From NCBI GenBank assembly GCA_964622095.1, contig CAZUPP010000001.1, positions 67,393 through 131,392 of the forward strand: DNA of 64,000 bases, read 5' to 3'. The number at the start of each line of letters is the position of its first letter. Position 1 is the stretch's first letter. Positions 37,205 through 47,333 of the stretch are shown piece after piece. The stretch comes from an uncultured Verrucomicrobiales bacterium (GTDB lineage: Bacteria; Verrucomicrobiota; Verrucomicrobiia; Verrucomicrobiales; CAZUPP01). Position numbers and translations under genes: made by a program. The notes under the pieces are model-generated. The model was not told the origin of the DNA and made no database searches. It saw only the letters and a program-made list of their open reading frames with translations.

Positions 37205-37471
37205 TCAGGGTGTGTAAGTCGACGGCTTCTCGATCGCCTGGAATGCTTCCGGCGCCGAAGAAGGCCCGGGGCCAGACGAAGAGGAGCTGGAAGAAGAACC
37301 GCTGCTGGGCCGTGGTTTTGGTTTCGGCTTGGGCTGGGGTTGGGGCGGTTGGTCCACCGGTTTTTCGACCACTACGGTCGGCTCAACCGTGGTGCAGGCC
37401 ATGTGACTCAGGCCCAGAAGCGCGACGCCAAGGACGCACACAATGAAGCGAATGCTGAGCAGCTTACGCAT
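37205..37471 (-). CDS. Small Pro/Ser-rich lipoprotein-like protein
   Basis: MRKLLSIRFIVCVLGVALLGLSHMAC (signal with lipobox-like Cys), then PPQPQPKPKPKPRPSSGSSSSSSSSGPG. The ORF opens at 37561. Confidence 0.5.
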   Translation of the reverse strand: MRKLLSIRFIVCVLGVALLGLSHMACTTVEPTVVVEKPVDQPPQPQPKPKPKPRPSSGSSSSSSSSGPGPSSAPEAFQAIEKPSTYTP

Positions 37472-37623
37472 AATCAGATCGTGATGATTAAGTGATTGGT
37501 ATTCAGTGGTTAAGGGTTCCCGGAAACAGGCTGCACACCGTCTTTGGCGGTGCGCAACCAAGTCAAGAAACCAGCCAGTCGCCGGTTAATGAAGCGGGCC
37601 GGATCAAAGGTGTCGAGCCGCAA

Positions 37624-38109
37624 TTACGGTCCTGTGGTCAGATCCGCTTCTCCGCGGGAAGCCGTTTCACCCACCCCCACGCCGCGGCGTCCGACAAGGA
37701 CAAACCAGGAAGCAAGGCCATCGGCGCGTTCCATCACGACGTAAACGGTCGCCGTTCCATTATAGGAGGAGCGGAATTTGACGCCGGCGAGCGGATCGGG
37801 GCGGCGGTCATCCAGAATCAGAGATCCGACTTCGTCATAGACATAAACGTCCGTGTCCTTGGCAAAGGGATCTGTGCCCACGAGAAAGACGTAGTCCACT
37901 CCCTTGGTCACCGGAATGATGAAGCGCACGGACTGGCCGGTGCCCATTACGCCGCTGTGGTCCGTGGGAGCCATGTTAAAGCCGCGTGCGCGGTATTGCA
38001 TGGCCATGCGGAAAGCAACGTCTTCCGCCTGAGCGGGATCAGCTTTGGCCGGAAGAGCCGCCGAAAGAACCAGTGCAGCGGCGCCTAGTAGCAGGATGAA
38101 GGTCTTCAT
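37624..38109 (-). CDS. Secreted hypothetical protein
   Basis: Signal peptide MKTFILLLGAAALVLSAALPAKA. 161 aa, beta-rich, with no recognised family. Confidence 0.55.
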   Translation of the reverse strand: MKTFILLLGAAALVLSAALPAKADPAQAEDVAFRMAMQYRARGFNMAPTDHSGVMGTGQSVRFIIPVTKGVDYVFLVGTDPFAKDTDVYVYDEVGSLILDDRRPDPLAGVKFRSSYNGTATVYVVMERADGLASWFVLVGRRGVGVGETASRGEADLTTGP

Positions 38110-38180
38110 AGGTTAATGACTATTGAAGGTTGTGGGGTGGTGATACGCGAGAATTAGAGTGGTTGGTTGGGCAATCCGGA

Positions 38181-39032
38181 TCACGGGGTCGCGATGTTCA
38201 TGACGATCCCGCTGGTCAGTTCATTCATTCGGTTGACCTTGTCCTGAGCAATGGAGCCGTTCAGCGGAATATTGACGATTTCGTAGATCTCCGGAAGACG
38301 CGCGATGATGGACGTTACCTTATCATCAGACTTGATCGGGCTCGGCAGGGCATCCATTTCCCGGATCAATTGCTGCACGAGCAGAGGTTCGCGGAGAAAG
38401 TTCGAGGTTTCCTCACTGTAATGCTGGGCAATGATCGAGGAGGTGTAGTTGGCGCCCTGCATCCAGCCGCTACAGATAATGAGGGTGCGCAGATCATCAT
38501 CCTCGGCTTCGCGCAGTGCGTCCATGATATCGGTCTGGAGAAATCCCAGCTCCAGGAAGACGGCCAGCCACTCCCCTTCATTGGCCATCCTTTTAACGGC
38601 CTGGGCGCGGAGCATCTGCTGATCTGATACACCCAACTGGCCCGCCAGAGTTTCAATCTGATCCGCGCAACTGTTGAGCCGCTCGGCATCGCGGGCCTTG
38701 ATGGCCATCACGCCGTCGGCGATTTTCACGCCCAGGGCAAGGGCGGTGGGAACGTCCTCTTCCATTTCATCGCTCGGCACGTCCACCGCGATATCATCGT
38801 AAATCTTGAGCCAGTCGATTTTCTCTTCCGCCAGAACCAGGTCGAGCCCGAGGAATTTGTCGTAGGGGCTGGGAAGGCCAAGGCCGTAGTCCTGAGCCTG
38901 GGTACGATCAAAGGATTTCTCTGATTCCTGCGCGAGCCCGGGCAGGGAAAGAGCGATGAAGAGAAGCAGGCTGCCGGCCAGAACGAAGACGGAGCACTTG
39001 CTGGAGTGGTTGGAGACAGTAGGTTGTTGCAT
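38181..39032 (-). CDS. Secreted hypothetical protein (alpha-helical)
   Basis: Signal-like SVFVLAGSLLLFIALSLPGLAQE. 283 aa with no recognised family. It is the first gene of a three-gene same-strand set. Confidence 0.55.
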   Translation of the reverse strand: MQQPTVSNHSSKCSVFVLAGSLLLFIALSLPGLAQESEKSFDRTQAQDYGLGLPSPYDKFLGLDLVLAEEKIDWLKIYDDIAVDVPSDEMEEDVPTALALGVKIADGVMAIKARDAERLNSCADQIETLAGQLGVSDQQMLRAQAVKRMANEGEWLAVFLELGFLQTDIMDALREAEDDDLRTLIICSGWMQGANYTSSIIAQHYSEETSNFLREPLLVQQLIREMDALPSPIKSDDKVTSIIARLPEIYEIVNIPLNGSIAQDKVNRMNELTSGIVMNIATP

Positions 39033-39220
39033 GGTCAGTCAGTCAGATTCAGAGAACGGGAAACGGCTGATGCTTTGATTCTTATTGAGGGGGACGCTAG
39101 GTCCTCACCGCAGCGGACGCAAGGGCATTTCCTGGCCGCCGCGGGAGGGCATTGAGCGCCTCGATTGATCACAATGTCAGTGCAAGGGAGCTGGACGTTT
39201 ATCCAAGCAAAAAATTCAAT

Positions 39221-40411
39221 ATGAACGAAACTGGCAGCTTGGAGAGCCCTGCCGCCATGAATGCTCGAAGAATTATGCGCCATTTGAACCTGAATCACAG
39301 CTTTCTGCCACTGCCGGGTTTCCTCATGCTGACCGGCATCCTGATCACCGCTTCTTTGCTGCCGGCCATCGCACAGCCTGCGGGTGGCGGCCAGGCCAGC
39401 CTGCAAAAGGTCGATCAACTCCTGAGTGAAGCGCAGTCAGAAATCGACAAGCTCCAGAAACAGCTGGATGAGGCCCGCGCAGCCCTGAGCGCTCTGGCCT
39501 CCGAAGCGAGCGGAGGAGAGATTCCCAGCGGCATGACCCCGGAAGCCCTCCGTCTGGCCGGTCTTCTTTCCAATCCGGGGACCCTCCAGGAGAAAGTGGA
39601 GTCAAATTTTGCCGCCTCCGCCCGGGAGTTGCGCCAACGCATTGAAAAGGAGCTGGATACTTACCGCATTGAAGCAGCCACCTTGAATCGCGTGGACTAT
39701 CCGGACATTGAGCGGCCGTTTCATTCGTCGATCACCCTCAACATGCAGGATACCGATACCGGAAGAGATTTTCGCCTGAGCTTTGATGTCCACGCGGATG
39801 CGGATGGCAACTGGAGCTTTCCGCCCATGGATCAGGTCGAGCGCTGGGCCAACTACGCCCTGGAACAGCGGCCGCAGGATGGAGAGCAGGGTTCCACCGT
39901 GCTGATTGCGGATCGCGGCAGCGGCGAAATTCAACAGGCTCAGCCCGCTGATAGTGGCTCCTCATCATCCTCCTCCAGTGGCGGCTCCGGCCTGCGCCCG
40001 CCTCCCCGGGTTACGCAGGATGGACGGGAGACGAACACGGGTGGGGATTCTTCGGGTGGATCCAGTCAGGCCGCAGCGGACCCGGGCCAGGGAGGCACGA
40101 CCCAAACCACACCCGCCGGGCCAGGGGCGGGTGACTCGCAAACTTTCCGCATAGAATGGCCGGAGGACGGTGAAGAGCGCACCACCCGCGGCCAGCAATC
40201 GGCCGGCGGAGATTCCAGCGGTGGACAAAGTGCCCAGACGGCGCCCGCGGGAGGTCCCGGGAATGCCCAGGATACCCGTCAGGTGGTCTGGCCGGAAGAC
40301 CAGCAGGGCAGTGGCAGTTCCGGGGGCAGTGGCAGCAGTTCAACGGCAGAGCCCGCCCAACCCGCTGGCGGCCCGCAGGCTGACCGGACCATTCGCATTG
40401 AATGGGATTGA
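39221..40411 (+). CDS. Secreted low-complexity protein with three C-terminal Gly/Ser-rich repeats ending in an R-I/V-x-W-P/D motif
   Basis: Signal-like LPLPGFLMLTGILITASLLPAIAQ, a coiled-coil segment, and the repeats SQTFRIEWPEDGEE / TRQVVWPEDQQG / DRTIRIEWD-stop. The start is uncertain (39152, 39221, 39257 or 39275). Confidence 0.5.
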   Translation: MNETGSLESPAAMNARRIMRHLNLNHSFLPLPGFLMLTGILITASLLPAIAQPAGGGQASLQKVDQLLSEAQSEIDKLQKQLDEARAALSALASEASGGEIPSGMTPEALRLAGLLSNPGTLQEKVESNFAASARELRQRIEKELDTYRIEAATLNRVDYPDIERPFHSSITLNMQDTDTGRDFRLSFDVHADADGNWSFPPMDQVERWANYALEQRPQDGEQGSTVLIADRGSGEIQQAQPADSGSSSSSSSGGSGLRPPPRVTQDGRETNTGGDSSGGSSQAAADPGQGGTTQTTPAGPGAGDSQTFRIEWPEDGEERTTRGQQSAGGDSSGGQSAQTAPAGGPGNAQDTRQVVWPEDQQGSGSSGGSGSSSTAEPAQPAGGPQADRTIRIEWD

Positions 40412-40429
40412 GGTTGAGCGGCGGAGCTT

Positions 40430-40957
40430 TCAGCCGCTGGCCATGGTGGCCAGATCTGACCGGGCTTCCCGGCGATCCTTGAGATCCCGCCGGACGCGCA
40501 GGATGAACCAGATGGTGAGGATCAGCAGACCGTTCGCTTGCAGACCGTAGCCGGTCAGCCAAAGATTGATCACCGGCCAGTTGACTTCCATTTTCTCCAG
40601 GAGCTGCGCTTTGATCTGTGGATTGATCGGATTATTTGAGAATTGATCCTCAGTTTGCTGCCGGAAAAAAGAATAGGTCGTGTAGGTGGTGTAAAGCCCG
40701 TAAAGAAACGGTGCCCACGCCAACGGACGCACCAGCGGTAAAAGCGCGATCAAAGCGGCGAGACCGGCGCACCAGAGATGAATGCGAAGCGCTCGAGAGT
40801 CTGCTTCCCTGTAGCCGACATCTCCGATCGGCAAATCCATGACGATGGGCTGATAGGCGCTCCAGATCAGAAAAAAAGCACCCAGCACAACCATTTGCAG
40901 GGCGATCACCTGCGGGAGGCTGTTTCGGAATCGAGATGCCGTCAATTCTGCTGCCAT
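40430..40957 (-). CDS. Hypothetical 4-TM membrane protein
   Basis: 175 aa with four hydrophobic helices and no recognised family. Confidence 0.45.
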   Translation of the reverse strand: MAAELTASRFRNSLPQVIALQMVVLGAFFLIWSAYQPIVMDLPIGDVGYREADSRALRIHLWCAGLAALIALLPLVRPLAWAPFLYGLYTTYTTYSFFRQQTEDQFSNNPINPQIKAQLLEKMEVNWPVINLWLTGYGLQANGLLILTIWFILRVRRDLKDRREARSDLATMASG

Positions 40958-41078
40958 GCTGTTCTGGATTAACTTGGAAGGGGAGTCAGGCGGCGGATCG
41001 CCGGGTCAAAGGGGGTGGTGGCATCGCCGTCGCGTGCTTGGGACGCCGGGTGGGCGCAGGACATCATTCAACTCTCCA

Positions 41079-41813
41079 TCATTTGCCGATGGAAAGCCTT
41101 TCGGCAAGCCGCAGCGGTAATCCATTGTCGATGATTTTGCGCTGAGCGCTTTTGATATCATACTCCAGCCGGCGCAGTTCCACCATATTCAGGTCAGCAT
41201 GGTAAATGGAGTAGGCCGCGCGCCAGTCCCCGTCACGGGGTTGACCGACACTGCCGACGTTGATGAAATATTTGCGGCCGGGCGCGAGCGGAATGCGCTT
41301 GAAAGGCGTGTAGCCGAGGGTCTGGACCTCCCCGCGTTCACTTACAAAAACCTTGGGGATGTGGGTGTGCCCGCAGAAACACACCGCAGTATGCTGGTAA
41401 GTGAAGCTGGCCGTGGCATCCAGTTGATTGAAGACATAACCCCAGCGATAGGGTGTATCCAGGGTGGCGTGGACGATCGTGAAATCCCGGATGTGCTTGA
41501 GAAAAGGCAGATCGTTGAGGAATTTCTTGTCCTCATCTGACAACTGGTTGCGAGTCCACATAAGGGCCTGGGAAGCGAGCGGATTGAAGCCTTCCAGCGG
41601 ATCAGAAATCGCCACCTGTTCGTCATGGTTGCCCTTCACCGTGGGGCAATCCATTTCCCGGACAATCTCCAGACACTCCCTCGGGTTGCAGTTGTAGCCC
41701 ACGATGTCCCCCATGCAGATGTAGTGGGTGCACTTCTGCTGCTCGGCGTCAGCCAGCACCGTCTGTAACGCTTCAAGATTGGCGTGAATATCTCCAAAGA
41801 GGGCAAAACGCAT
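41079..41813 (-). CDS. Metallophosphoesterase (calcineurin-like)
   Basis: MRFALFGDIHAN, CMGDIVGY, GNHDE and FCGHTH cover the motifs D-x-H, GD-x-x-D, GNH-D/E and GH. Confidence 0.8.
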   Translation of the reverse strand: MRFALFGDIHANLEALQTVLADAEQQKCTHYICMGDIVGYNCNPRECLEIVREMDCPTVKGNHDEQVAISDPLEGFNPLASQALMWTRNQLSDEDKKFLNDLPFLKHIRDFTIVHATLDTPYRWGYVFNQLDATASFTYQHTAVCFCGHTHIPKVFVSERGEVQTLGYTPFKRIPLAPGRKYFINVGSVGQPRDGDWRAAYSIYHADLNMVELRRLEYDIKSAQRKIIDNGLPLRLAERLSIGK

Positions 41814-41929
41814 GGCGAAGTGGTCTGTTTGTCGGGGATTTTACGGGCCTTGGCAACCGTTTTTGGCCGCCTTCCACCCAAGCGTGGGGGCGGGGTTGAG
41901 TCCCTGACCCTCAACAACCCCGGAAAGAG

Positions 41930-42760
41930 CTAGCCAGCATCTGCCCCAGCTTCGTCCAGATCCGGAATTCGTTGGTCCGCGGGAATGTCGAATTGTTCTT
42001 CAAAGTCCTTTATCAGCCGAAGAAGGGTGGGCACATGGTTTTTTTCGTCTTCATGATAAAGTTTGAGCAGACGCTCGTACGCTTCACGCTCACGCCCGGG
42101 GCACTTGGCCATTTCATAAAGGGCGGCCCGCCTGGTGTAGCCCAGGGCTTCTTCCTGTCTGGACGCTGCCAGATAGGCTTCCGCCGCTGCGCAATGGTCC
42201 TTATACTTTTCACGCAGGAGAAAGCCTAATTGCTCGTGGATCCGCCAGTCATCCGGGTTGTTCTGAATGCCCCGTTCCAGAAAGTCGCGGCCCACGTCCC
42301 AGTAATATTTTTCCCGCTGCCGCCGGAGAGCCTCAATTTGAATCTCCGGATTGCGTCTCTGTGCCACGCTCGCATTAAATGCCATATGCCAGGCTGATTC
42401 CGTCCAGTAAAGCGTGCTTCTGGGCTGCAGCGTTACGATGGTGTTGAAGAGAAAACGCATTTTTTCCCAGTGAGTTTTCTCCCACTCCGTATAGGCCTGA
42501 ATCCAGAGCAGGTTGGCGACTAACGCACGATAACCTCCCAAGGCAGCGATGAATCCGCTTTGGCCCAGATTCTCCCGCATTTCCAGGTTGAGCTGGGTGG
42601 GCCGAAAACCAGCTTTCTGCTGCGCTTCACGCAACCCGGTTTCCACCGGTAACTTCAAAAAGCCAAAAACCAGCAGAACCCCGACCGCCAGGAGGCGATA
42701 GGTTATTTTCTGCCAGAACATTTTACGGTTGATGGGGATCTCAGAGTTCACGCTTGGCAA
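41930..42760 (-). CDS. TPR-like membrane-anchored protein
   Basis: N-terminal TM segment YRLLAVGVLLVFGFL and TPR-like helices (AAAEAYLAASRQEEALGYTRRAALYEMAKCPGREREAYERLLKLY). It overlaps the upstream permease gene by 20 nt. Confidence 0.55.
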   Translation of the reverse strand: MPSVNSEIPINRKMFWQKITYRLLAVGVLLVFGFLKLPVETGLREAQQKAGFRPTQLNLEMRENLGQSGFIAALGGYRALVANLLWIQAYTEWEKTHWEKMRFLFNTIVTLQPRSTLYWTESAWHMAFNASVAQRRNPEIQIEALRRQREKYYWDVGRDFLERGIQNNPDDWRIHEQLGFLLREKYKDHCAAAEAYLAASRQEEALGYTRRAALYEMAKCPGREREAYERLLKLYHEDEKNHVPTLLRLIKDFEEQFDIPADQRIPDLDEAGADAG

Positions 42761-43694
42761 AGATCAGGTAACCGATGAGCAGATAAACAAGAATGTAAAC
42801 AAGCCCCCAGCCAGCCGTCTGCAAAAATAGATCAGGCGCCAGTTCAACCCCAGCATTGATTTCGTCACTCAGATTGAAGGCATTCATATCCGGGAAAATT
42901 ACCGCGATTGACTTTGTAATAAATTCTTGAAGTGGCCCCGATTCTTCTGGCCCGCGGGATTTATAGTATTCCAGGGCGACGGACTGAATGTGACAGATGA
43001 AATAAATCCCGGCAGAACACAGGATAGTAAAGAGGGTGGAGCTGGTGATGGTAGAGATCATCAGCGTGATCGTTGCGACGAGGCAGGCCTTTACGAAAGA
43101 AAGACCGACACCATAATAGAGAGACGGAGAAAAGGTGGAGCGGTAAACTTCGCGCTGGCCAAAGTCCAGCTGTTCCTTCAGCTGATCCCGCTCCTGCTCC
43201 GTCGTGACCTGCTCCAGAGCGGCCTGATAGGTCGCTCGCTGCTCGCTGAGAAGGGATTCCTGTTTCCAATAAATAACCGCGGAAAAAACCAGGCTCATGA
43301 AAAAAGTCAGCGCGGCCAGCAGCAGAAAAATACCGGTCAGCTTACCCGCGAGATATTCATACCGGTTCACCGGTTTGGAGAGAATGCTGTAGAGCGTGCG
43401 GTCTTCCAGATCATTCGGTAAAAGCATGGCCGTTGCAGCGATGGCCAGAACAGCCGCAAAAATATCCAGTGCGCCAAGGGAGGAATCCTTTAAGACCTTG
43501 AGCTGTTCCTCAAAAGAAAAGTCCGCTAAAAATCCGGCTGCGCCGAGGCTGACAATCCCAAAAATCAGGACGAAGTAAAAGATCTTCGAACGAATCAGCC
43601 CTAACAGGGTCGCGAGGGCAATTGCCCAAACGCGCTGAAAACTCATCCAGGGTGATCGTCTGATCAAAGAAGAATCGGTGACAGAATGATTCAT
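42741..43694 (-). CDS. ABC-2-type transporter permease
   Basis: 317 aa with about 6 TM helices. The DLEDRTLYSILSKPVNRYEYLAGK motif is typical of the NosY/ABC-2 permease subunit. It follows the ATPase gene. Confidence 0.7.
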   Translation of the reverse strand: MNHSVTDSSLIRRSPWMSFQRVWAIALATLLGLIRSKIFYFVLIFGIVSLGAAGFLADFSFEEQLKVLKDSSLGALDIFAAVLAIAATAMLLPNDLEDRTLYSILSKPVNRYEYLAGKLTGIFLLLAALTFFMSLVFSAVIYWKQESLLSEQRATYQAALEQVTTEQERDQLKEQLDFGQREVYRSTFSPSLYYGVGLSFVKACLVATITLMISTITSSTLFTILCSAGIYFICHIQSVALEYYKSRGPEESGPLQEFITKSIAVIFPDMNAFNLSDEINAGVELAPDLFLQTAGWGLVYILVYLLIGYLIFAKREL

Positions 43695-43753
43695 TGTGCC
43701 AGTGCAGATTCGGAGGTTCGAGCAAATAGAGGTTGAGAAAAGGTTTCGGCGGC

Positions 43754-44710
43754 TCAGTCCGCGGAGGTCCTGGGTTCAGTTTCCGGCTCCGTTTCCGGGA
43801 CAGGAGCAGATGTTTCGCGCAGAAAAAGATCTTCCAGGGTCGTTTGCGGGCGGCCGGACCGGACAATTTTTCCTTGGCGCCCCGGACCACTGACCGTGTT
43901 CTTCATCGCCTCGATCGTCGGTTCATCTGCGCCTTCCAGGACGATCTCATATTGGCTCTCGACCTTGATCAGATCCTCCAGGGGTCCTTCGCGGACAAGC
44001 ACTCCCTTACTCATGATCCCGATGCGGTCACAGACCTGCTGAACCTGCGCGAGCAGATGGGAGCACAGCAAAACGGTTTTTCCGCGTTCTTTAAGCTCCA
44101 GGATGAGATCCCGGATCTCCCGCGAGCCGACCGGATCAACCCCGGCCGTCGGCTCATCCAGGACAACCAGACGCGGATCCTGAATGATCGCCTGGGCGAG
44201 GCCGATGCGCTGGAGCATCCCCTTGGAGTAACCCGCAATCCGCCGGTCGGCCGCTTCTTCCAGTCCCACCAGCTTGAGCAGTTCCGGGATGCGCTCCCGC
44301 AGCACTTTGCCGGACATCCCGCAGATGCGGCCATAAAACCGCAGGGTCTCACGTCCGGTCAGATACCGGTAAAAATAGGGATTCTCCGGAAGGAAACCAA
44401 CCGACTGACGGCTGCGGACCTGGGTGCTTTCGATTCCAAAAACCCGGGTGCGGCCCACCGTCGGTGGGATGAGTCCGAGAAGGATCTTCATCGTCGTGCT
44501 CTTGCCGGATCCGTTCGGTCCAAGCAGGCCATAGACCTGTCCGGGCTGCACGGTGAGTGACAGGTTGCGCACGGCGACGACGGGCCGGGCGACCAGACCG
44601 GGTCGGAAAACTTTGGTCAGGCCTTCGATTTCGATCGCGGCCGGGCGGTCTGGTGAGACCAGCCCAGGCTCAGCGGATGGCTTCTCTTCAGAAACGGGCG
44701 GGATGCTCAT
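43754..44710 (-). CDS. ABC transporter ATP-binding protein
   Basis: Walker A GLLGPNGSGKST, signature YSKGMLQRIGLA, Walker B LVVLDEPTAGVD. Confidence 0.9.
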   Translation of the reverse strand: MSIPPVSEEKPSAEPGLVSPDRPAAIEIEGLTKVFRPGLVARPVVAVRNLSLTVQPGQVYGLLGPNGSGKSTTMKILLGLIPPTVGRTRVFGIESTQVRSRQSVGFLPENPYFYRYLTGRETLRFYGRICGMSGKVLRERIPELLKLVGLEEAADRRIAGYSKGMLQRIGLAQAIIQDPRLVVLDEPTAGVDPVGSREIRDLILELKERGKTVLLCSHLLAQVQQVCDRIGIMSKGVLVREGPLEDLIKVESQYEIVLEGADEPTIEAMKNTVSGPGRQGKIVRSGRPQTTLEDLFLRETSAPVPETEPETEPRTSAD

Positions 44711-44769
44711 CTTATCTTCCAGGGAACCGTGGATAACTCGCAGTTATGAAGAAATGCACACTGGTGGTA

Positions 44770-45042
44770 TCAGCAAATCCTAAAGCCGGAAAGCTCAGGT
44801 GCCGGGTCAAGGGTTTTAACCTCAGCGTGGCGAATGTTGCTGCCCAGGGGACCATTCTCAACTGCTTTCAGAAACTCTTCGATCTCTTCGCTGTCCCCGG
44901 TCACCTGCATCTCGACCCGGCCGTCGGGAAGGTTGCGCACCCAGCCATTCACCTCATAGCCGCTCGCAATCTGCTTGGTGGTGAAGCGGAATCCCACTCC
45001 CTGAACCCGGCCTTCATAGAAGACGTGCCTTCCGGTCATCAT
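44770..45042 (-). CDS. acyP: Acylphosphatase
   Basis: FYEGRVQGVGFRFTT...GWVRNLPDGRVE across 90 aa. Confidence 0.85.
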   Translation of the reverse strand: MMTGRHVFYEGRVQGVGFRFTTKQIASGYEVNGWVRNLPDGRVEMQVTGDSEEIEEFLKAVENGPLGSNIRHAEVKTLDPAPELSGFRIC

Positions 45043-45086
45043 GCGTTAAGTTCTGCCAGTTCAAGCGCCGAAGGCAATTCCCGATC

Positions 45087-47333
45087 ATGAGCACCCCACC
45101 ATTTCTGATGACCGCGGCGCTCCTTTACTGGGGCCTGACCACTTCGAGGCTAGCCGACGCTGGGCAGCTTTTCATCGCCGGGGCGATCGCGCTTATCCTG
45201 GAAGGCAGCCGGCTGGTGCCCTGGCGCTTCGCCTTTTCTGGAGAGCGTCTGACCAGTTTAGGAAGGCTGTGTATCGTCATTCTGGTCAGCGTCGCGATGA
45301 TGTTCTTTTTCGGACCGGAAAGCTGGATGGCCCTGGCTGAGGTGCCGAAATGGCTGCCTGTCATTTTCCTGCCCATCTTTGCCGCCCAGGTTTACGCGGA
45401 GCCGTCACCCGGCGAAAAAGTTGCCCGTGTTCCGGTGACCGTTTTCTCTTTCGGGCTGGGCCTGACAAAGGAAGAACGGCAAGCCCTGAATCGCGGCGAG
45501 TCTGAGGGCATGCATCAGCTGGACCTGACCTATTTTTATTTCGGGCTCGTCCTGGCCGCGGCGAACGTGATGAACAAACCGACGGTAGGAAATTACCTCA
45601 TGGTCTCTCTCCTGCTGGGCTGGGCACTCTGGCAGCCCGTGACGCGTCGATGGCCGGCCTATGGGCGCCTCGCTTTATTGCTCGTGATCACGAGTGGAGG
45701 GTTTGGGGGATATCTGGGCCTGCGCGCGCTGCAGCATTGGGTCGAAAATCTGGGATTTGACCATCAAGCCGAAGTCGATCCCTGGAGGTCCTATACCCGG
45801 ATCGGTGATGGCCTCATGCAGCTCAAGCAGTCTGACCGCGTTCGCTACCGGGTCAAACCGCTGAAGGGCGGAGCACCTTCCCTGATTCGTGAGGCTTCCT
45901 ACCAGAACTACGAGATTAACAAAAGCTGGTCGGTGCCTGAGCCTAAGGGCAACGAAGCCTGGTCACCGGTTGAGCAGTCCGAAGTCCAGGAGGCTGGGGC
46001 GGATTTCGCCTGGCTCATTGCCCCCAGCGCGCAGGGCAAGCGCCAGGTCAGGATCACGGGACGCCGGGGACGTGGATCGCCCATGCTTCTGGCCGTGCCG
46101 GAGGAACCGTCCAGAATCTATGGACTGCCCGTCAATGAAATGGAACAGAACCGCTTTGGGACCCTGCGGGTAACCGACCCCATGGCGATCTTAAGTTACA
46201 CCACGGAATACATCTCCGGAATATCGAATGATTCACCTCCCACTGAAGCGGATTTGGCCGTCGGTGATCCGCAACAATTGAGCCGGGAATACCAGCGCGA
46301 AATTCAGGACAACCGCAATTTCCGGGCAGATATGGCAGGGGTGCGTGAAGTCGCGGAGGAAATCGGACTCACGGCATTGGATAATGACCGGGAAAAAATA
46401 AGAAGGCTGCGCGAGTATTTTTGGCAAAATGGATTTTCCTATTCCCTCACCGCCGCTGGCAGGGCGGGGAATAAGGATGGTGATAAACCCTTGACCTATT
46501 TTCTGCGCGAGCTTCGCCAGGCGCATTGTGAATATTACGCGACGGTGAGCGCCCTGCTGCTGCGGGCGGCTGGTGTCCCGGCACGCTATGCCGTCGGTTA
46601 CAGTGTGCAGGAATATAGTCCATGGGAAGGGCAATTTCTTGTCCGGAGTTCACATGCCCACGCCTGGACGCTCGTCTATCTGGACGGGAAATGGGAGGAG
46701 GTAGATTTCACTCCCCCAAGCTGGGTCAATGAAGATGTCGGGAAACTGGAATTATGGCAAAGAATCCAGGATATTTTCGGAGCGCTCTGGCTGCGCTTTG
46801 AAGAGTGGCGTCTTTATCATGGGCGCGACCAGATCCGCCAGGCGCTGCCTTGGGTGCTGGGGGTAATTCTCTTGCTCGTCCTCTTTCGAGCTGTTCTGAA
46901 AAAAGGGAAAAAGAGACGGCGAACCAGGTCCGCCACGGCAACCGGTTCCTCCATGGATCTTGTAAAAATGGGTCTGGACTCGCCCTATTATCAGGTGGTG
47001 GAAGCGCTCAAGATGATTCTGCCAGAACGGCGGCCGGGCGAAACCCAGCGCCGCTGGCAACACCGCGCGGCAGAAAAGGCGCCGTGGCTGGATGCACCGC
47101 TTTTCCATGAGTTATTGGAAAGGCACTACCGCTATCGTTTCAGCCATGAGCAGGGAAAAACAACCGCATCAGACAAGCAGCGACTCGAGGAGCTCTCCCG
47201 GGTTGCGCTCGAAGAATTAGCAGCGCAGCGTGCCGGGGACTCCCAACCGTTATCCAGAGATGAGCCGCGGGAAGTTTTCGCACTGGCCGGCACTGCCTCC
47301 GGCTACTATGACTCAGATGATGTTAAGAAGTGA
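45087..47333 (+). CDS. Transglutaminase-like domain multi-pass membrane protein (TgpA-like)
   Basis: N-terminal multi-TM region. The catalytic core is [26 protein letters not shown]...[20 protein letters not shown] (Cys-His-Asp). Confidence 0.8.
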   Translation: MSTPPFLMTAALLYWGLTTSRLADAGQLFIAGAIALILEGSRLVPWRFAFSGERLTSLGRLCIVILVSVAMMFFFGPESWMALAEVPKWLPVIFLPIFAAQVYAEPSPGEKVARVPVTVFSFGLGLTKEERQALNRGESEGMHQLDLTYFYFGLVLAAANVMNKPTVGNYLMVSLLLGWALWQPVTRRWPAYGRLALLLVITSGGFGGYLGLRALQHWVENLGFDHQAEVDPWRSYTRIGDGLMQLKQSDRVRYRVKPLKGGAPSLIREASYQNYEINKSWSVPEPKGNEAWSPVEQSEVQEAGADFAWLIAPSAQGKRQVRITGRRGRGSPMLLAVPEEPSRIYGLPVNEMEQNRFGTLRVTDPMAILSYTTEYISGISNDSPPTEADLAVGDPQQLSREYQREIQDNRNFRADMAGVREVAEEIGLTALDNDREKIRRLREYFWQNGFSYSLTAAGRAGNKDGDKPLTYFLRELRQAHCEYYATVSALLLRAAGVPARYAVGYSVQEYSPWEGQFLVRSSHAHAWTLVYLDGKWEEVDFTPPSWVNEDVGKLELWQRIQDIFGALWLRFEEWRLYHGRDQIRQALPWVLGVILLLVLFRAVLKKGKKRRRTRSATATGSSMDLVKMGLDSPYYQVVEALKMILPERRPGETQRRWQHRAAEKAPWLDAPLFHELLERHYRYRFSHEQGKTTASDKQRLEELSRVALEELAAQRAGDSQPLSRDEPREVFALAGTASGYYDSDDVKK

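Noticed and set aside
37492-38627. Plus-strand ORFs of 198 and 165 aa
   Set aside because: They are antisense to the two signal-peptide-bearing minus-strand genes and have no N-terminal signal or motif. The minus-strand frames give coherent exported proteins and end at a strong terminator.
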